Notes: generated from the letters alone by a model not told the origin. Shown: positions 23,489 through 37,374, numbered from the stretch's first letter. The stretch: DNA of 64,000 nucleotides from Octopus vulgaris (GCA_951406725.2 OX597823.1:93124001-93188000), one strand, 5' to 3'. A program made the numbers and translations.

Positions 23489-26222
23489 GTTTCTTTATTG
23501 GCCACACAGGGCAGCACACAGATGGGACAAGTTACAAGGTAGAGCTTTTCTTTTGGGGGATGAAAAAAACGAAAAACAAAAGAAACAAAAAAAAGGGGTG
23601 GTGTAGGTTTTCGATCAAGAGGGATCGTAAAAGGGAAGAAAAGAACAAAAAAAAATAAATAAATAAAATAAAGAATTTTAAAAATGAAAATAAAAAAAGA
23701 AGAAAAGGCAAGGGAACAAAAGAAAAGAGAAATGAAAAAAGAAGAAAAAAGGGGAAAAAAGGGGAAGATGAAAAAAAAACGATCAATAGGGATCGTGTAT
23801 CAGTGTTATGACATATGGTGTAAAGGGGAAAGCAAGTAAGGCTCATCCGTGGGAAGAAAAGCCTACGAAAAAGACCACGGTAACCTTGGTCAATATTGTA
23901 ATATGTTACCACATTTGTTTGCAAGTGGGTAACCCTCAGTTTTCAATTTCTGGGTTCATAGGATTACGCTCAAGGTGGCTTCGTCATTCATACGTGCCAT
24001 CCTTGCTACATTCACCCATCTTTTTTTAAAACATTCGCTAGACAAAACTTGCCTCTCTACTCTCACTTTCCTTTTCAAATGATACTTGAAGAAGTTGATG
24101 AGAGATTAACCAGAGAGGAAATTGTTTGTCTCCATTCCTTTCAGACGCGTCCACCAGATACATTCTTTCGCCATAGCCACAAGGATGATGAAAATAGCTC
24201 TTCCTTCCCGTTTGAAGGAAGGAGGCGTGACGATATTGACGATAGACTCAGCTGATAAACCGACTCGTCCCACACGTGACAGCAGTTGTTCGACATAAGC
24301 CCACAGGTCGGAAATTGTTGGACACTGCACGAGTGCGTGCAGAACGGTTTCGTCGCTCTGACCGCATCTCGGGCAGGTCGGCCCCGTGTTTCTCGAGCCG
24401 TGTCTGTAGAGCTTATCCCGAACGGGTAGCGCTTCTCGGTAGCACTGCCAGGCCAGGGATCTCTGGAAGTTGTCCATGGGCCCTGGCCCGAAAGTCGTCC
24501 CGAATAGGCGGGTCAGGTACTCCTCGACGTCCAGGTTCGCCCCGAGCTCGTCGTCGTACCTCCCCTCCACTAATCCCCTATAGAATGCTTTGGTTGTGAT
24601 GAAGTCACTCAAGGTCGACCCAGGCCGGCAGAGTTGCTTGAGAGCAACGCGACACTCGCGGTGCCATCCGCCCTTCCTCGGCCTCTTTTTGATCCACGAC
24701 TGCAGTTCGATCATGGAGACGAGCTGCGGGAAAGCGTGCCTCACAAACGGCGACCACACCTGTTCACCGTCGTCTACGAAGAGCCTGAGATGTCGCAGTC
24801 TCAGCGCGTGTCTGCGCATCATCAACCACGGCATGCCCAGTCCTCCTTTTAACGGGTGTTGACAGCAAATCGATCGCCTGACCATCGGGAAGCATCCTTT
24901 CCACAAGAAACGAAAGAGAATGCGTTGTAGTTTGGTGATGGTAGGGTCGGGACAAGGCACGACGGTCAGGCGATAGTAGATGACGGACGCGATGTACGTG
25001 TTCGCCACCTCCGCCCGACCTTTTAGGGACAGTTTCCTCTCGGCCCATTGCCGGGTGAGAGTGACCACCCTCCTCGTTATCTCGTTCCAGTTCTTCTCCA
25101 CTTGGAGGTCCGGACCAAACCAGACCCCGAACAACTCAACCGGGCCGTCGGTCCAGCGTCCCACGACGGAGGCGCTGGTGGACGGCATGGGATTGCTTCT
25201 TCAGGTGCCTAGTCGCAAGCCCACTGACTATTCCTGGTTGATTTTCGCTCCTGTCACCGCTTCGTAGTTTTTCAGGGTCTCGCCGACCTGCTCGATGTGC
25301 TCGTGGCTAGACACTATGACGGGGATGTCGTCCGCGTATGCAGACACGCTCGTCCCGCATCCCAGTTCTCGCGGGATGCCCCTCAAAGTTGCCAGCTTCC
25401 GCAATAGTGTCTCGAGAGTCAATACGTATAGAAGCGACGAGAGGGGGCATCCCTGATGGACCGAACGTGCGATGTCGAAGGGTCTCGCTAGATGTCTATT
25501 TACGCGAATTACCGAACGGATGCCTCTGTACAAAGCGGCAATCCAGCCGTGGAAGACGGGACCAAAGCCAGCCGCTCTGAGGACTGCCTCCAAGTATCGA
25601 TGGTCTACTCTATCGAAAGCTTTCGATTGATCCAAATTGATCAGCGCCCCACCCATACCAGGTTCGTTAACTACCCTGTATATGATGTAGCGCATCAGGT
25701 GGAGGTTGTCATGGATGGTCCGGCCCGGCACGTCGCACGTTTGCGCCTTGTCGACCAGTTTCTCGATGACAAGCGCCAACCTCTTGGCTAACACCTTGGC
25801 CAAAATTTTCAAGTCTGCATTAAGCAGAGTGATGGGCCTAAAGTTATCTATTACATTTCCCTTGTTTAGATCTTTCTTCAGCAGTGTTACGGCTCCTCGG
25901 CTCACAAAACCAGGAATGCTCCCGTTTTGCTGCCAGTTGCAATACACCGCTGCCAAGACGTCTCCAAACAAGTCTGGCATACAACTGTAAAGCTCGTAGG
26001 GTAGACCATCCAAACCCGGCGATTTGTCCCTCGAGCATTCTGCCATCGCGTCCTGCACTTCCGCCACTGTGATGGCACCTTCGCAGCACCCTGCCTCTCT
26101 TGTCGAGAGTAGTGGTAGGCTGTGTAGGTAGGCACTGAAGTCCACCCTACGTTCTTGTCCGCCACTCGTCCCGAACAGTCGTGCAAAATGCTGTTAAAAA
26201 GCCTCACACATTTTACTTGGCG
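23489..26222 (-). mobile_element. Tx1/L1-clade LINE, copy B (RT plus C-terminal zinc finger, 5'-truncated, disrupted)
   Basis: ORF 25228..26145 contains KSPGLDG, RPITLLN, LDQSKAFDRV, QGCPLS and AYADD. ORF 24106..25188 contains GGLGMP and CPRC...ETVLHALVQC. The 3' UTR ends aataaagaaa+(CTAT)n. Confidence 0.93.
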
Positions 26223-27509
26223 CGAACGGTGTCTGTAAGTGCCAACCTGTTTCAAAGTACATACAGTCTAACCGTGCTTCTTGAGTAGGTCACTGCCAAC
26301 CCACAGTATATTATTCAATTCGTTTTGAGCTATTTTATGACATATTAATTGTCATTGCCAAGTTTTATCAGATGCTGTCTGTGAAATATTAAACGACACA
26401 AAGCGTTGCCTACGCTGATCTTACAGTGCTTTTGTTTTCTTGTGAGACTCTATGTAGATTACAGTTCCTGTAAAAGTTGCAGTTAATATTAGTTCATTCG
26501 GGTTTTCATGACTTTGGGGTGATCTCCTCCGTAATGAAGTCTAGTATACTAAATACTAGCATAAGTAAAAGTACTACAAACACTACTGCAATATTGGACG
26601 TTAGTTTGTTGTAAGAGGGAAGCACTGGATACTTTACCTGATTTGTCTGGTTTTATATTTGTTTACGCGGTTTTTGTTAACAATCCCATTGTGCAGATTA
26701 TTTTCGTTAGTCCCTAGGCACGTGAGGCAGTTGAATAGGGAAAAGAGAAAGAAGGAAGCCACTGACGTAAAGGTCATCGATTTGATAAAACAGTTTTTCT
26801 GGTTCGATTATTCAATACGGACGTTTCTTTTATCAGTTATCCATCAATATACCCGCCCAGAAAACTGTGAGTATTCCAGTTATTTTTCAAGATTTTAGGT
26901 AATTCGAGTAAAAATATTTACATCAGCCACTAAGAAACCGTGGAATACATTAGTGTCTTTTGTTGTTAATGAATTTTCTATGTTCTAAGTGCAGATCTCT
27001 TTAAAAACACTCAAAAATAATGAGTTCGTTTCACTCACCAGGAGGATAAAACCTTGAACGTATCTGCGTAGGTATGTCTATTTTAGATGGATTTTACTGC
27101 ATTTCACAAACTGAAGGCACATAACTGCTACATCAAAGGAGATTAGGGCTCTTATCCAGCAGAAAATTGTGTGGGATTGGAATTAATTAAGAATAATATT
27201 GTTATAAACAAAGCTTGAAGATGTATAATTCTCCTTTCTCCTCAATGATATACATATATATATATATATTAATAAATTTCAGGGTAGTAAAATATTATTT
27301 AGAAATTTCTCACCACTATTGCCTACCGTGTAGAAATAACTAGTCAATAGACTATATATTATTCATTATATATATAGAGTGTACAGTTAAACACATAAGA
27401 GATGGCCATAATCGGATATCTAAACCGCTAGAAGGAGTAGTTAAAATCCAAAATAAACAATTAAGGGTAATTTTGAAAAGGAATGGAAAGTAAAAACATT
27501 TACCATCTA

Positions 27510-27584
27510 TTTCCTGGATCATGGTTTCAAGCTATCTTCAGCAAATAAAGTAATTTGCTAGGCAAAGCTCTCATCAGCAGGAAA
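27510..27584 (-). ncRNA. Type I hammerhead ribozyme with extra hairpin in loop II
   Basis: Reverse complement: TTTCCTG-CTGATGA-GAGCT-(32 nt)-AGCTT-GAAA-CCATGA-TC-CAGGAAA. The sister half-copy at 27816 has the palindromic CCATGG-TC. Confidence 0.75.
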
Positions 27585-27958
27585 GCCAAAGCTTAACACA
27601 TAAGCCTGTGGCAATACAGAATATGCCTCGTGCTTACATGTTATAATTTTTCAAATCCACCACGCAAGCGCAGTTTATTATCGGCAGCAAATAGAAATAA
27701 TGCCGATTTTCTTTCAAAATTAGCCAAAACATTATTAGTTATAAATTTCAGGGTAGTAAAATATTATTATAATTTTTTTGCCAACGTGGCCTAGCGTGTA
27801 GAAGATAGCTTGTAACCATGGTCCAGGAAATAGATGGTGAATGTTTTTATTTTTCATTCCCTTTCGAAATTACACCTAATTGTAGTTTTGATTTTAACTA
27901 CTCCTTCTAGCGGGTTAGATGTCCGATTATGAGCCCATCTCTTATGTGTCTAAATGTA

Positions 27959-28007
<49 letters not shown>

Positions 28008-28049
28008 ATATATACTGAAACACACACACACACACCCGCGCACACATAA

Positions 28050-28109
<60 letters not shown>

Positions 28110-28111
<2 letters not shown>

Positions 28112-29732
28112 TAAAACAAAAATTTAAATTCTGTTCATAGAGTTACCAAAGGTTTCGATTCCACGAAAGCCACAGCCTTGTGGACAACTCGTCAGACTTA
28201 TACAAAGACAAAAAAAAATTTAACTTTCTACAACTCGGACGTGAAGAAACATTAAGATATGGAGATTTAACGGCTAGCATATAAAGACGTTAATGAGGAG
28301 GAATTATCTTCCCTGGACCATAGGATACAAAAACTCTAACAGACCCGAAATAGCCTAACCAACAAACGGGAAATCCAGTTTTCCAATAGATAGCGCTTGA
28401 AATGGGCACAGCTTAGAGAAAACTTCTTTACAACTATTCAACGCACCAGGTTCAGCATAGTCCTTAAAAATATTGGTTTTCTCGGCGAAGCAAATTTTGC
28501 AATAACCACTCCCATTTCTATATGGGCGAGGATGATCAATTATCTTCGCCGAATATCAGATGGGGCCCGTTTTTTCTTTGATGCACCATACATTGACTGG
28601 CCAGGGAGTAACAAAACGTCTTTCTGGGACTCTGAAATATGATTGGTGGTTGCGGAAGTGACGTTTGAAAGATGTACTGGGCGATCCGGTACATGTAGAA
28701 ACTTGGGATGTGGCTATATTTGCACTCTTTGTATATCTCTGGCAGGCTCCGGTCCTGGAGATTATGTTGGTAACACCACTGCTGACGTTGTTGATATGGC
28801 ACAATGATATAGCGGGGTTATCGCCATGGTTATCGTTTCTTGCCACATGGATAGCGTTGTAGCTGCCGTGATAGTGTGAGAGCTGCTGGAGGTAACATAT
28901 GGTGTGGGGCCGGTCATCCCTTTGGTGTTGATGATAATTGTGTGGTCATTGTCTGTGGTAGTGGTGCTGAGGACGTCGGATACGGCTTGTATCGCTGGTC
29001 ATGGATTGGTCACCATCTCTAGGTGTGGCGATTGTACTGGTGGAAGCATATGGTGCGGGCGTGGTCACTCTATCGGTGTCAGGATAATGGTTTGTTCAAT
29101 TTCTGTGGCAGTAGGACTGGGGTCATCGGTTACATCCTCTGTCTTGCTGATCCCGGACTGGTCATCATATCTGGTTGTGGAGATCGTAGTGTCGTGAGAC
29201 CTGGTTAATCTACTATTATTGCTGTTTGATGGGAAGATTGCTGGTAACGCAGATAGCAGGTTTAGGTGTCACCATAGCTTCATCGATGAATCCTTCGGCC
29301 TCCACTGAACAGTTATTGCATTGTTCTCAGTTTACCACTCAAAACACTGAAATGTTCATATTGGAGCTTCTGCTGCAAATGCCAAGCGATACGGCATGTT
29401 GTTTCCCAATTTCTTGTAGAGTGAATTGTCATAAAGAATTTTTCTCTAAATGTTTCCATGTCAAGCGCTGCCTACTGGAACATAGGATCTCCCCGTTTAC
29501 TGGTTAGGCTATTTCGGGTCTGTTAAGGTATATGTTATCCTCTTGTGCAGGGGAGATAACCCGTCCTCATGAAAATTTTTATACGTTAGCCGTTAAACCT
29601 CGGTATCAGAGCGTTTCCTCACGTCCGCGTAGTAGAAGGTTTAATTTGATGAGCTGTCCACAAGCGTGATGCTTTCGTAGATACGAAATCATTGGTAACT
29701 CTATGACTAGTATTTAACTTTTTGTTTTAATA
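28110..29732. mobile_element. (TA)n-flanked element with diverged ~300-bp inverted arms, each carrying a hammerhead
   Basis: 28110-28440 aligns by eye to the reverse complement of 29424-29732. Hammerheads at 28141-28198 (-) and about 29643-29700 (+). Confidence 0.7.
28141..28198 (-). ncRNA. Hammerhead ribozyme
   Basis: Reverse complement: AGT-CTGACGA-GttgTCCAC...GTGGAatC-GAAA-CCtttGG-TA-ACT. Confidence 0.65.
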
Positions 29733-30429
29733 ATTACTGCTCTGTTATTTACAGTATGATTTGCTTCTGTTATATATATATATATATAGTATATATATAT
29801 ATATATATATCATTAAATATGTTCAGTATATTATTAAACTATATATATATTGAAAGAGTGCCTTTTGTTTATCCTACCTATACTACCTATAATGAACAAT
29901 TTAGAGTGTATATACTGTATATATTTGTGCTTGTGCGCGCGTGTTTGTGTCCGTGTGGGTGTATGTATACATATGTGTGTATATATCCATATATGTATAT
30001 ATATAATATATATATATAATATTATATATATATATTTATATATGTATATACATACATGTAGATATATATATGAACACGTATGTACGTAGATGTATTATCA
30101 TATGTGTCTGTGTGTAATCGTGTCTTTTGCATGTGCGTGTGTTTGCAATGATTTCTAATCTTGATGTTATTGTCGAATAACATTCAGAAGGTATATGTCA
30201 CCTTGTCAGTGGTTTTTGTAAGAAATAAACATTAAAAATACATTAAGAAAAAAAAAAACATTAGTCTCAGGACAAGTCACGTTTCTGTCTGGTCTTGAAC
30301 CACTAGGTCACCTCCCTCGTGCAATGCTTTACTTTGTACTTTTGTCTGATATGCGAACTGCTTAGTATCAGTCTTTGTTCTCTATTTCTTTTCCAAGCAA
30401 TACAAGGAATATAATGTTTTGTTAGTGTT

Positions 30430-30832
30430 GTCGTTCAGATCCCACCGACCAGACTTATGATTTAACACATTGCATCTGCAACCATACTCATTTGAGAAAT
30501 GATCTCAAAACATATTTGTACATTAGTGTTCCACTTGCTGCTGTTAATAGAATTATAGTGCAATTCAAAAGGCAAGGAAAACAATCGACAGATTTTCCTC
30601 CTGGCTAGCCTGGGTTCTGGGAAGAGAAGCTGTTTGAAGAGATTTGTGGAAAACAAACCCCGATCAAAGGCTTCTGATATTGCAAAAGAGCTAGAAGTTA
30701 GTCCAAGAACCTGTGTTACATATCTGCATAAGCTTGGGTATTATGGATGAGCAGCTAATAGAAAACCTCTCCTTCAACCAAATAATATCAAATAAATGAT
30801 TTTGAAAATTAAAGGTGTCTATTTACCCACTG
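30430..30832 (+). pseudogene. Tc1 transposase N-terminal (HTH) fragment
   Basis: LKRFVENKPRSKASDIAKELEVSPRTCVTYLHKLGYYG*AANRKPLL. Confidence 0.75.
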
Positions 30833-31675
30833 CATGTCTGTATGTATGTATGTATGTATGCATGTATGTATGTATGTATGTATGTATGTATGTATGTATG
30901 TATGTATGTATGTATGTATGTATGTATGTATGTAGGTATGTAGGTAGGTATGTAGGTAGGTAGTCTTTTGTGTAGTTGTGTGTCCCTTTACATGTCTGTA
31001 GAGGAAGTATGTGAGTGCGTGTGGATGCATGTGTGCGCGTGTATGTATATGTTGTGTGCATGTGTTTTGTGTGTGTACGTGTATGTATATGTTATGCGTG
31101 TGGTGTGAGTGCATGCGTCTGTGTCTGCGTGTGTGTGCATGTGTGTGGTGTGTATTCTGAGAACGTGTGTGTATGGGCCTGTGTGTATATGTGTGCGCGT
31201 GGTTGTGTGTGTGGAGATATATGTGCGTTCCTGTGTGTTTGTGCGTTCCTGTGTGTTTGTGCGTGTGCGTGTGTATATGTGTATGTGCGATTGTATATGT
31301 GCGTGCGTGGAATTCTGCGTGTGTATGCATGTGTGCGTGTGTCTATGTGCGTAGGTATATGTGTGTCCGTGGGGTTATCTGTGGCGGCATATGTGCGTTC
31401 CTGTGTCCATACGTGCGCGTGTGTGCGTGCGTGTGTGCCCGTGATTGTGTCTATGAGCGTGTATGCGCGTGTATATGCGTGTGTGAATGCGTATGTGTAT
31501 GAGAGTGTTTGCGTGCGTGTATGATTGTGTGTGCTTGCATGTACGTATATATGTGTGTGTATGTATGTGTGTGTGGGAGGTATATGTCAGGTATATGTGC
31601 GTTCATCAGTGTGTGCGTGCGAATAGGTGTGCGTGTCTGTGTATATGTACGTGTGAGTATGTGTGCGTGTATATA
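30833..31675. repeat. (TATG)n plus degenerate (TG)n low-complexity tract
   Basis: Read directly. Confidence 0.9.
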
Positions 31676-32008
31676 GAAGTAAAATAAAATATAAGATTCA
31701 TGAAAATTAATATTATTGCATAAAATGATACAAAAAATAACTGAGACCAGATAAAAAATAAAAAATTAAAATTTTAAAAATTAAAAGTATAAAATAGAAA
31801 TTAATACAATTGTTAAAAAATTATTAAAAAAATTAATACAATTAAGAAATTAAAATATAAAAAAAACTAATACAATTAACAAGATTAAAATATTCGACGG
31901 AAAAACACGAAACAAAATTGAAAAATAGCATAAACAGTGTAAAAAATGAATAGGTATAAGATAGGATACAATAAGATAAAATTTGCTTTTTAAGGAGGAT
32001 GTAGAGAC

Positions 32009-32700
32009 TCATGGACAGGAGGGGGTTGTGTTGAGTTCGGGAAGTGTTTTTATTTGCAGACCAAAAATGTAACGCTGTTCAAGTCGGAGTCGGGAGTGTG
32101 TGGATCCGTGGTGGAGGGCGAGGCCGAAGACGGAGATATCAGTGGTGGAGTGGTTGGCCAATCGAAATTGACGGGTGAAGGAGGTGTCCGTACGTAGCCG
32201 AACATCTTGTAGATGTTCGGTGAACCGACCGGCTAGCCGGCGGCCCGTCTGGCCAACGTAGAGTTTGTTGCAGAGATTACATCTAATGCAATAGATAAGG
32301 CTGGAAGAAACGCAGGAGAAGGAGTTTTTAATGTGGAGGTTGTGCTGGTTGGTTTCTGTGTGGGAGGTGGTGTTGGTGATGAAAGGGTAGATGAGGCAGC
32401 GGGATCTAGAACAAAGAAAGGATACTGGTGGGGCTGGGATGGAAGAAGATAAGTTGCTACGGACAAGTAGATCACGTAGGTTACGGGCGCTTTTAAAGGA
32501 GACTGAGGATGGACTGGGGAATTGGTGTGGGGAAAGAGAGAGAGCGATTCTGCGATCGATTAGACAAGCACAGACAAGGGCATTTTGGTCATGGGTGGAT
32601 GTGTATCCCCGATACACGAACAGGTGGGCAAGATACAGCGACTGGGTCCCGAAATCCTGGTTCCGGCTGCCCAACCGTCGGAGGCGGAGGTGCTGGACGT
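32009..32700 (-). mobile_element. Penelope-like element, GIY-YIG endonuclease fragment
   Basis: NLRDLLVRS, a Cys linker, and SSSLIYCIRCNLCNKLYVGQTGRRLAGRFTEH...RLRLEQRYI..L.T..P.ELN. Confidence 0.88.
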
Positions 32701-33207
32701 AGGATGATATATATAAATATATGAAAAAATACACATTACGCGCAAGACATTACCAACGAGTGAAAAATGCGTAAACACACGGGAGATAAGTACAGGACAA
32801 AATACCAAATCATACACAATAAGTGCAGGACATCAGCAACGAGTGAAAAATACAGTCAACAACTGATGGGCGAGTTATCTACCTTTGTATTTCGTCATTT
32901 TACTTATCTCCTGTACTTAATGTATATTTTTCATTTCTTTATAATCGAATGCAATGCAGCCTTATTTAACCACAGTAATTTCATACATTTATATATATAT
33001 ATGTGTGTGTGTATGTGTGTATTTAGGGCTAAAAAACCACTATGTGGACAGCCATATGCTAGACGAAGATCACATACGATCTAACTACAAAGAAAAAATG
33101 TTCACCAGTGAAAATAAAGCGAACACCAGAACATAGGCGGGCAAGACAAATGAAGATTATATAAAAATCGTATACCGGTTTCTTCTATTACCGAATAGAT
33201 TACTTAC

Positions 33208-33259
<52 letters not shown>

Positions 33260-34052
33260 GTAAGTAATCTATTCGGTAATAGGATATTCGGTAATATATA
33301 TATATATATATATATATATGTCTGTGTGTGTGTGTGCGTGTGTGTGCGTGCACGCGTGTGCATGTGTGTGTCTGTTTGCGTGTGTGTGTGTATGTGTGTG
33401 TGTGTACGTATATATATGTATACACAGACATGCAGGAAGTAAATAGACACCTCTAATTTTCATTTATAATCGAGGAGATATGGATTTATCTGGGGGTGGA
33501 TAATAGCATTTTGGCGGCTATATCTAACCCTAATCCTAACCAAAACCTTAAATATATTGAGCGTGTGTATGCGTGTGTGTGTGTGTGTGTGTATCTAAGT
33601 GCGAGTTGCGTTCGTTTAAGTGTAGATGTGAAAGTGATAATTGAAGTTGTTAAGCATTAATACATTACAACGCAAGTCTTTGCCACAATTCATAGCACAT
33701 GCTTTTATTTTACTTGATTTTACTTTTTTTTTTTTGAGAGGCATTAAAAGCGATAAAGAAATCAAAAGTTGACTCTGTTCCAAGTAGGCCTTACTCTTGA
33801 GCAATTGTTCGCGTTTTCTGAATGAAGTGATTAACGTAAAGCCAAAATATTTGCTGGACGTTTGCCTCTGGACATTTAAGTGTTCCAGCAATGTGTGGGT
33901 CCAGATAGGTTCCGTGATAAAAGAACGTTTGTTTTGTAGCTTGGTGTGAAAGTATTATTGATGATGTTTATGATGAACTGAACAATGAAAGAAATTTAAA
34001 AAGAGCACTACAATTTGTTTTGGTATTATTGTTGTTGTTATTATTATTATTA

Positions 34053-34124
<72 letters not shown>

Positions 34125-34127
<3 letters not shown>

Positions 34128-34372
34128 TACGTTTGACTTTTGCTTTACATTTCTACAAGTTGGCTTCAAGTCTCACCCAGAGACCTCAAGAGACAACAGG
34201 TTGGAAGTTCGTGTTGTTGTTATACCTAGGGTGCCATATATTTGGTTTTGTATTTAGTATTGTACTAGTGAATGTCTAAAAAAAAGAAAATTATGTTTGT
34301 GTTAAAACTTGAGATTACATAGAAAGTATTTTGCATAGGATATGAGCAGTTCCCATGAGCACTATCTATGGT
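34125..34372 (-). mobile_element. R4/Dong-like 3' stub between (TTA)n tracts
   Basis: Translates IVLMGTAHILCKILSM*, homologous to the C-terminus of 8953..9192. Confidence 0.75.
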
Positions 34373-34383
34373 TATTATTGTTG

Positions 34384-34497
<114 letters not shown>

Positions 34498-34699
34498 TTA
34501 TTATTATTATTATTGAGTGAGAGAACAGTGCATGCCATCAAGGTGACACTGAGGTTAAATATACGAAGCCCAGTATACCCACCATGACTACCCGTCTTAT
34601 AAGGGTACACCAGGCACATGCATCACAACCATATGTGCACGACATGGTGATCTCATATCAAGATAAAGAAGGAAGGAGAGAGGAAGACGAGAAAGAAAA

Positions 34700-34893
34700 A
34701 GAAGAAGAAGAAGAAGAAGAAGAAGAAGAAGAAGAGAAGAAGAAGAAGAAGAAGAAGAAGAAGAAGAAGAAGAAGAAGAAGAAGAAGAAGAAGAAGAAGA
34801 AGAAGAAGAAGAAGAAGAAGAAGAAGAAGAAGAAGAAGAAGAAGAAGAAGAAGAAGAAGAAGAAGAAGAAGAAGAAGAAGAAGAAGAAGAAGA
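34700..34893. repeat. (GAA)n microsatellite
   Basis: Read directly. Confidence 0.95.
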
Positions 34894-35989
34894 ATTTTGT
34901 CACCGGGTCAGCAATTTCGGGATTAATGATTACAATGATCCCAGGGCTTAGCTGTTATTTTGACTCCGCAAAGTCGACCTCGAAGGCATTTGAACCCAGA
35001 TAGTAACAACAGAACAAATGCTGCTACGCATGTTCTGCGTGCTAACCATTCTTTTGAAATATGGTAAAAAGCACGCAAAGGGAGTAAGTTGATTACATCA
35101 CTTCTAGTGTTCAGGTAATTCTTATTTTATTGGCCCTGAATGATTGGATAGCACAGGACCCCTCGACAGCATTTGAACGTAGAAGGTCAGGTAGGAAGAA
35201 ATACCGGTAAGCACTTCGTTGGACGCTGTAACCATTCTGTCAGTTCTCTGAGATGAAACAATGGAAACGTTTATAAACTTTAAAACCGAAATAGGGGAAA
35301 GCAGCCGATTGGTTTCAATCAAGTACATGCGAATTGTATAACAATAGTACAACCGATTATACAGAAACAGCGAAAGATTTTATTGTCAGCCACTATGGCA
35401 AAATTTTTGCGGAACAGCCTTGGGTTTTCTTATTAGATCAAATCAAGAGTTGCAGTGATAAGGGACATGTTACAAAACCTCAGCTACTTAAAATATATAC
35501 TTATGTATTTCTTGAGATGATTAAACTAATAGAATTAAGATTAGATGTTGGATTGCTATCGTTCTTTTTCTTTTTTTTGCTGGGGATTATCAATTTCAAT
35601 TCCGCTCGAACAGGGAATATTATAAACAGATCAGCGGGTTAGAATAAGTTATAATCTTCTATAAGATTTTGTATCAAAATTATTAGATACAAATCCCTCT
35701 CGCAGCGTTGAAATCCTTTAAACAAGAATGACGGGAGATAACTGCTGTACGGTAAATTCATCAGAATTTGGAATTAAATATATGACGTATTTTCAATTTC
35801 CTGTTATCATTTAATTCAATGGGTAAATAGAATGACTGTGTTGCAATAACCTTAGACGCTTCCTATGAAGGATATTAGGAATATCATTAATAATTATAGG
35901 TATACAAGTATGTGATTAGTTCGTGTATTTATGCATGTTATTACTTCCCTTGGGCATGGCGATACTACTAATCTGGTATAATAATAATG

Positions 35990-36062
<73 letters not shown>

Positions 36063-36389
36063 TAATAATAATAATAATAATAAATGAGGGAATATTATTC
36101 CAAACTTACAGGGAAAAATTCAATTTATAAATACTAAAACAAATTTCACAAAATATAGTATATATATATAAATTAGAAAAAAAACACATTTTATCAATTT
36201 AACAATGAAAAAATTAGATTATACCATTTAGAAAAAAATTACATCTTATAGAAAAATTAAATATAAGTTAAAAAAATACACCAATGATTAAGTAATGTGC
36301 TAAATAATAAATGAATAAATATTTTTCTTCTAAATGGTATAATTTAAATTTTTCATTGTTGAATTGATAAAAGGTGGGTATTTCTTCTA

Positions 36390-36453
<64 letters not shown>

Positions 36454-36714
36454 TTCGCAACAAAGCGTCAGTCAGGTACAATGCTGTAATAAGAAATTAG
36501 AGCAGCTCTGATGAAGGCATAGGGTGACACTAAATAATTCAAATTTTATATCAGTAACTACTTTAATCGTCTATTCCTTTGTCAATCTGATTCTTTCTAG
36601 TCTCTATTTATGTATATATTTCAAGTCTAATATCATGTAAGAATTGAACCAGTTAAATATGTGATAAAATATTTACAACGTACGTGGAACGATATATATA
36701 TATATATATATATC

Positions 36715-36905
36715 TATAGGGAGAGTTTACGAAAAAAACAAAAGACGAAGACAGGTGGTGTACAAAACAAACAGATGTATTTGTATACCGCTCAGGAATA
36801 GAAAAAGCCTTTTACGTTTCGAGCCTACGCTCTTCTACATAAAGGGACACAGAAAAAACAAGGAGAGAAAAAATGTGTGTAGTGGCTAAAGATCTATCAT
36901 GGCGA
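36715..36905 (-). mobile_element. Penelope-type terminal repeat fragment (second copy of 21553-21740)
   Basis: Reverse-complement similarity. Hammerhead-like fold at 36808-36845. Flanked by (TA)n. Confidence 0.65.
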
Positions 36906-37374
36906 CTGATATATATATATCAACCAAGAAATTAACAAAATGACTCGAGGCCCCGACCTAGAGAAGGTCTCCAAAATATGGAAAGAGAGTATTGTGATGA
37001 AGAAGAACTGAAATCCCTCCAAGCCTGGGATAAAAAACGCCACTTGGTTTTCAGATTATGAAACAGTATTTCAAACACAATACGCTTCCTTCAAGCTTTT
37101 TCTAAAAATATGAAAATCAAACAAAGATTCATTACGTATCTAACAAAAACGGAACTATCTGTCCTACCAGAATAAATACAAGACTTAACCCTTACTTCAT
37201 AACCCACCTGTGAAACAGCAGCGGGGCTACCCCAACATCAAAGAGAGAAATAAAATATCATTACCCGCAGGACAGACATTACAACTTTTCATCTCCTCCA
37301 TAAGGAATTACCAACGGTAAGGGATAGAAATATCGAAGATAAGACTGGTTGAATACCTTACGATATAGGCACAC

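Noticed and set aside
33523-33548. Telomere-like ctaaccctaatcctaacc
   Set aside because: Only two to three degenerate units.
34584-35003. Poly-Lys/Glu ORF and antisense poly-Phe ORF
   Set aside because: Translation of the (GAA)n microsatellite.
36505-36545. CTGATGA hammerhead core (also at about 35757 and 44803)
   Set aside because: No matching stem II, GAAA and stem III could be completed.
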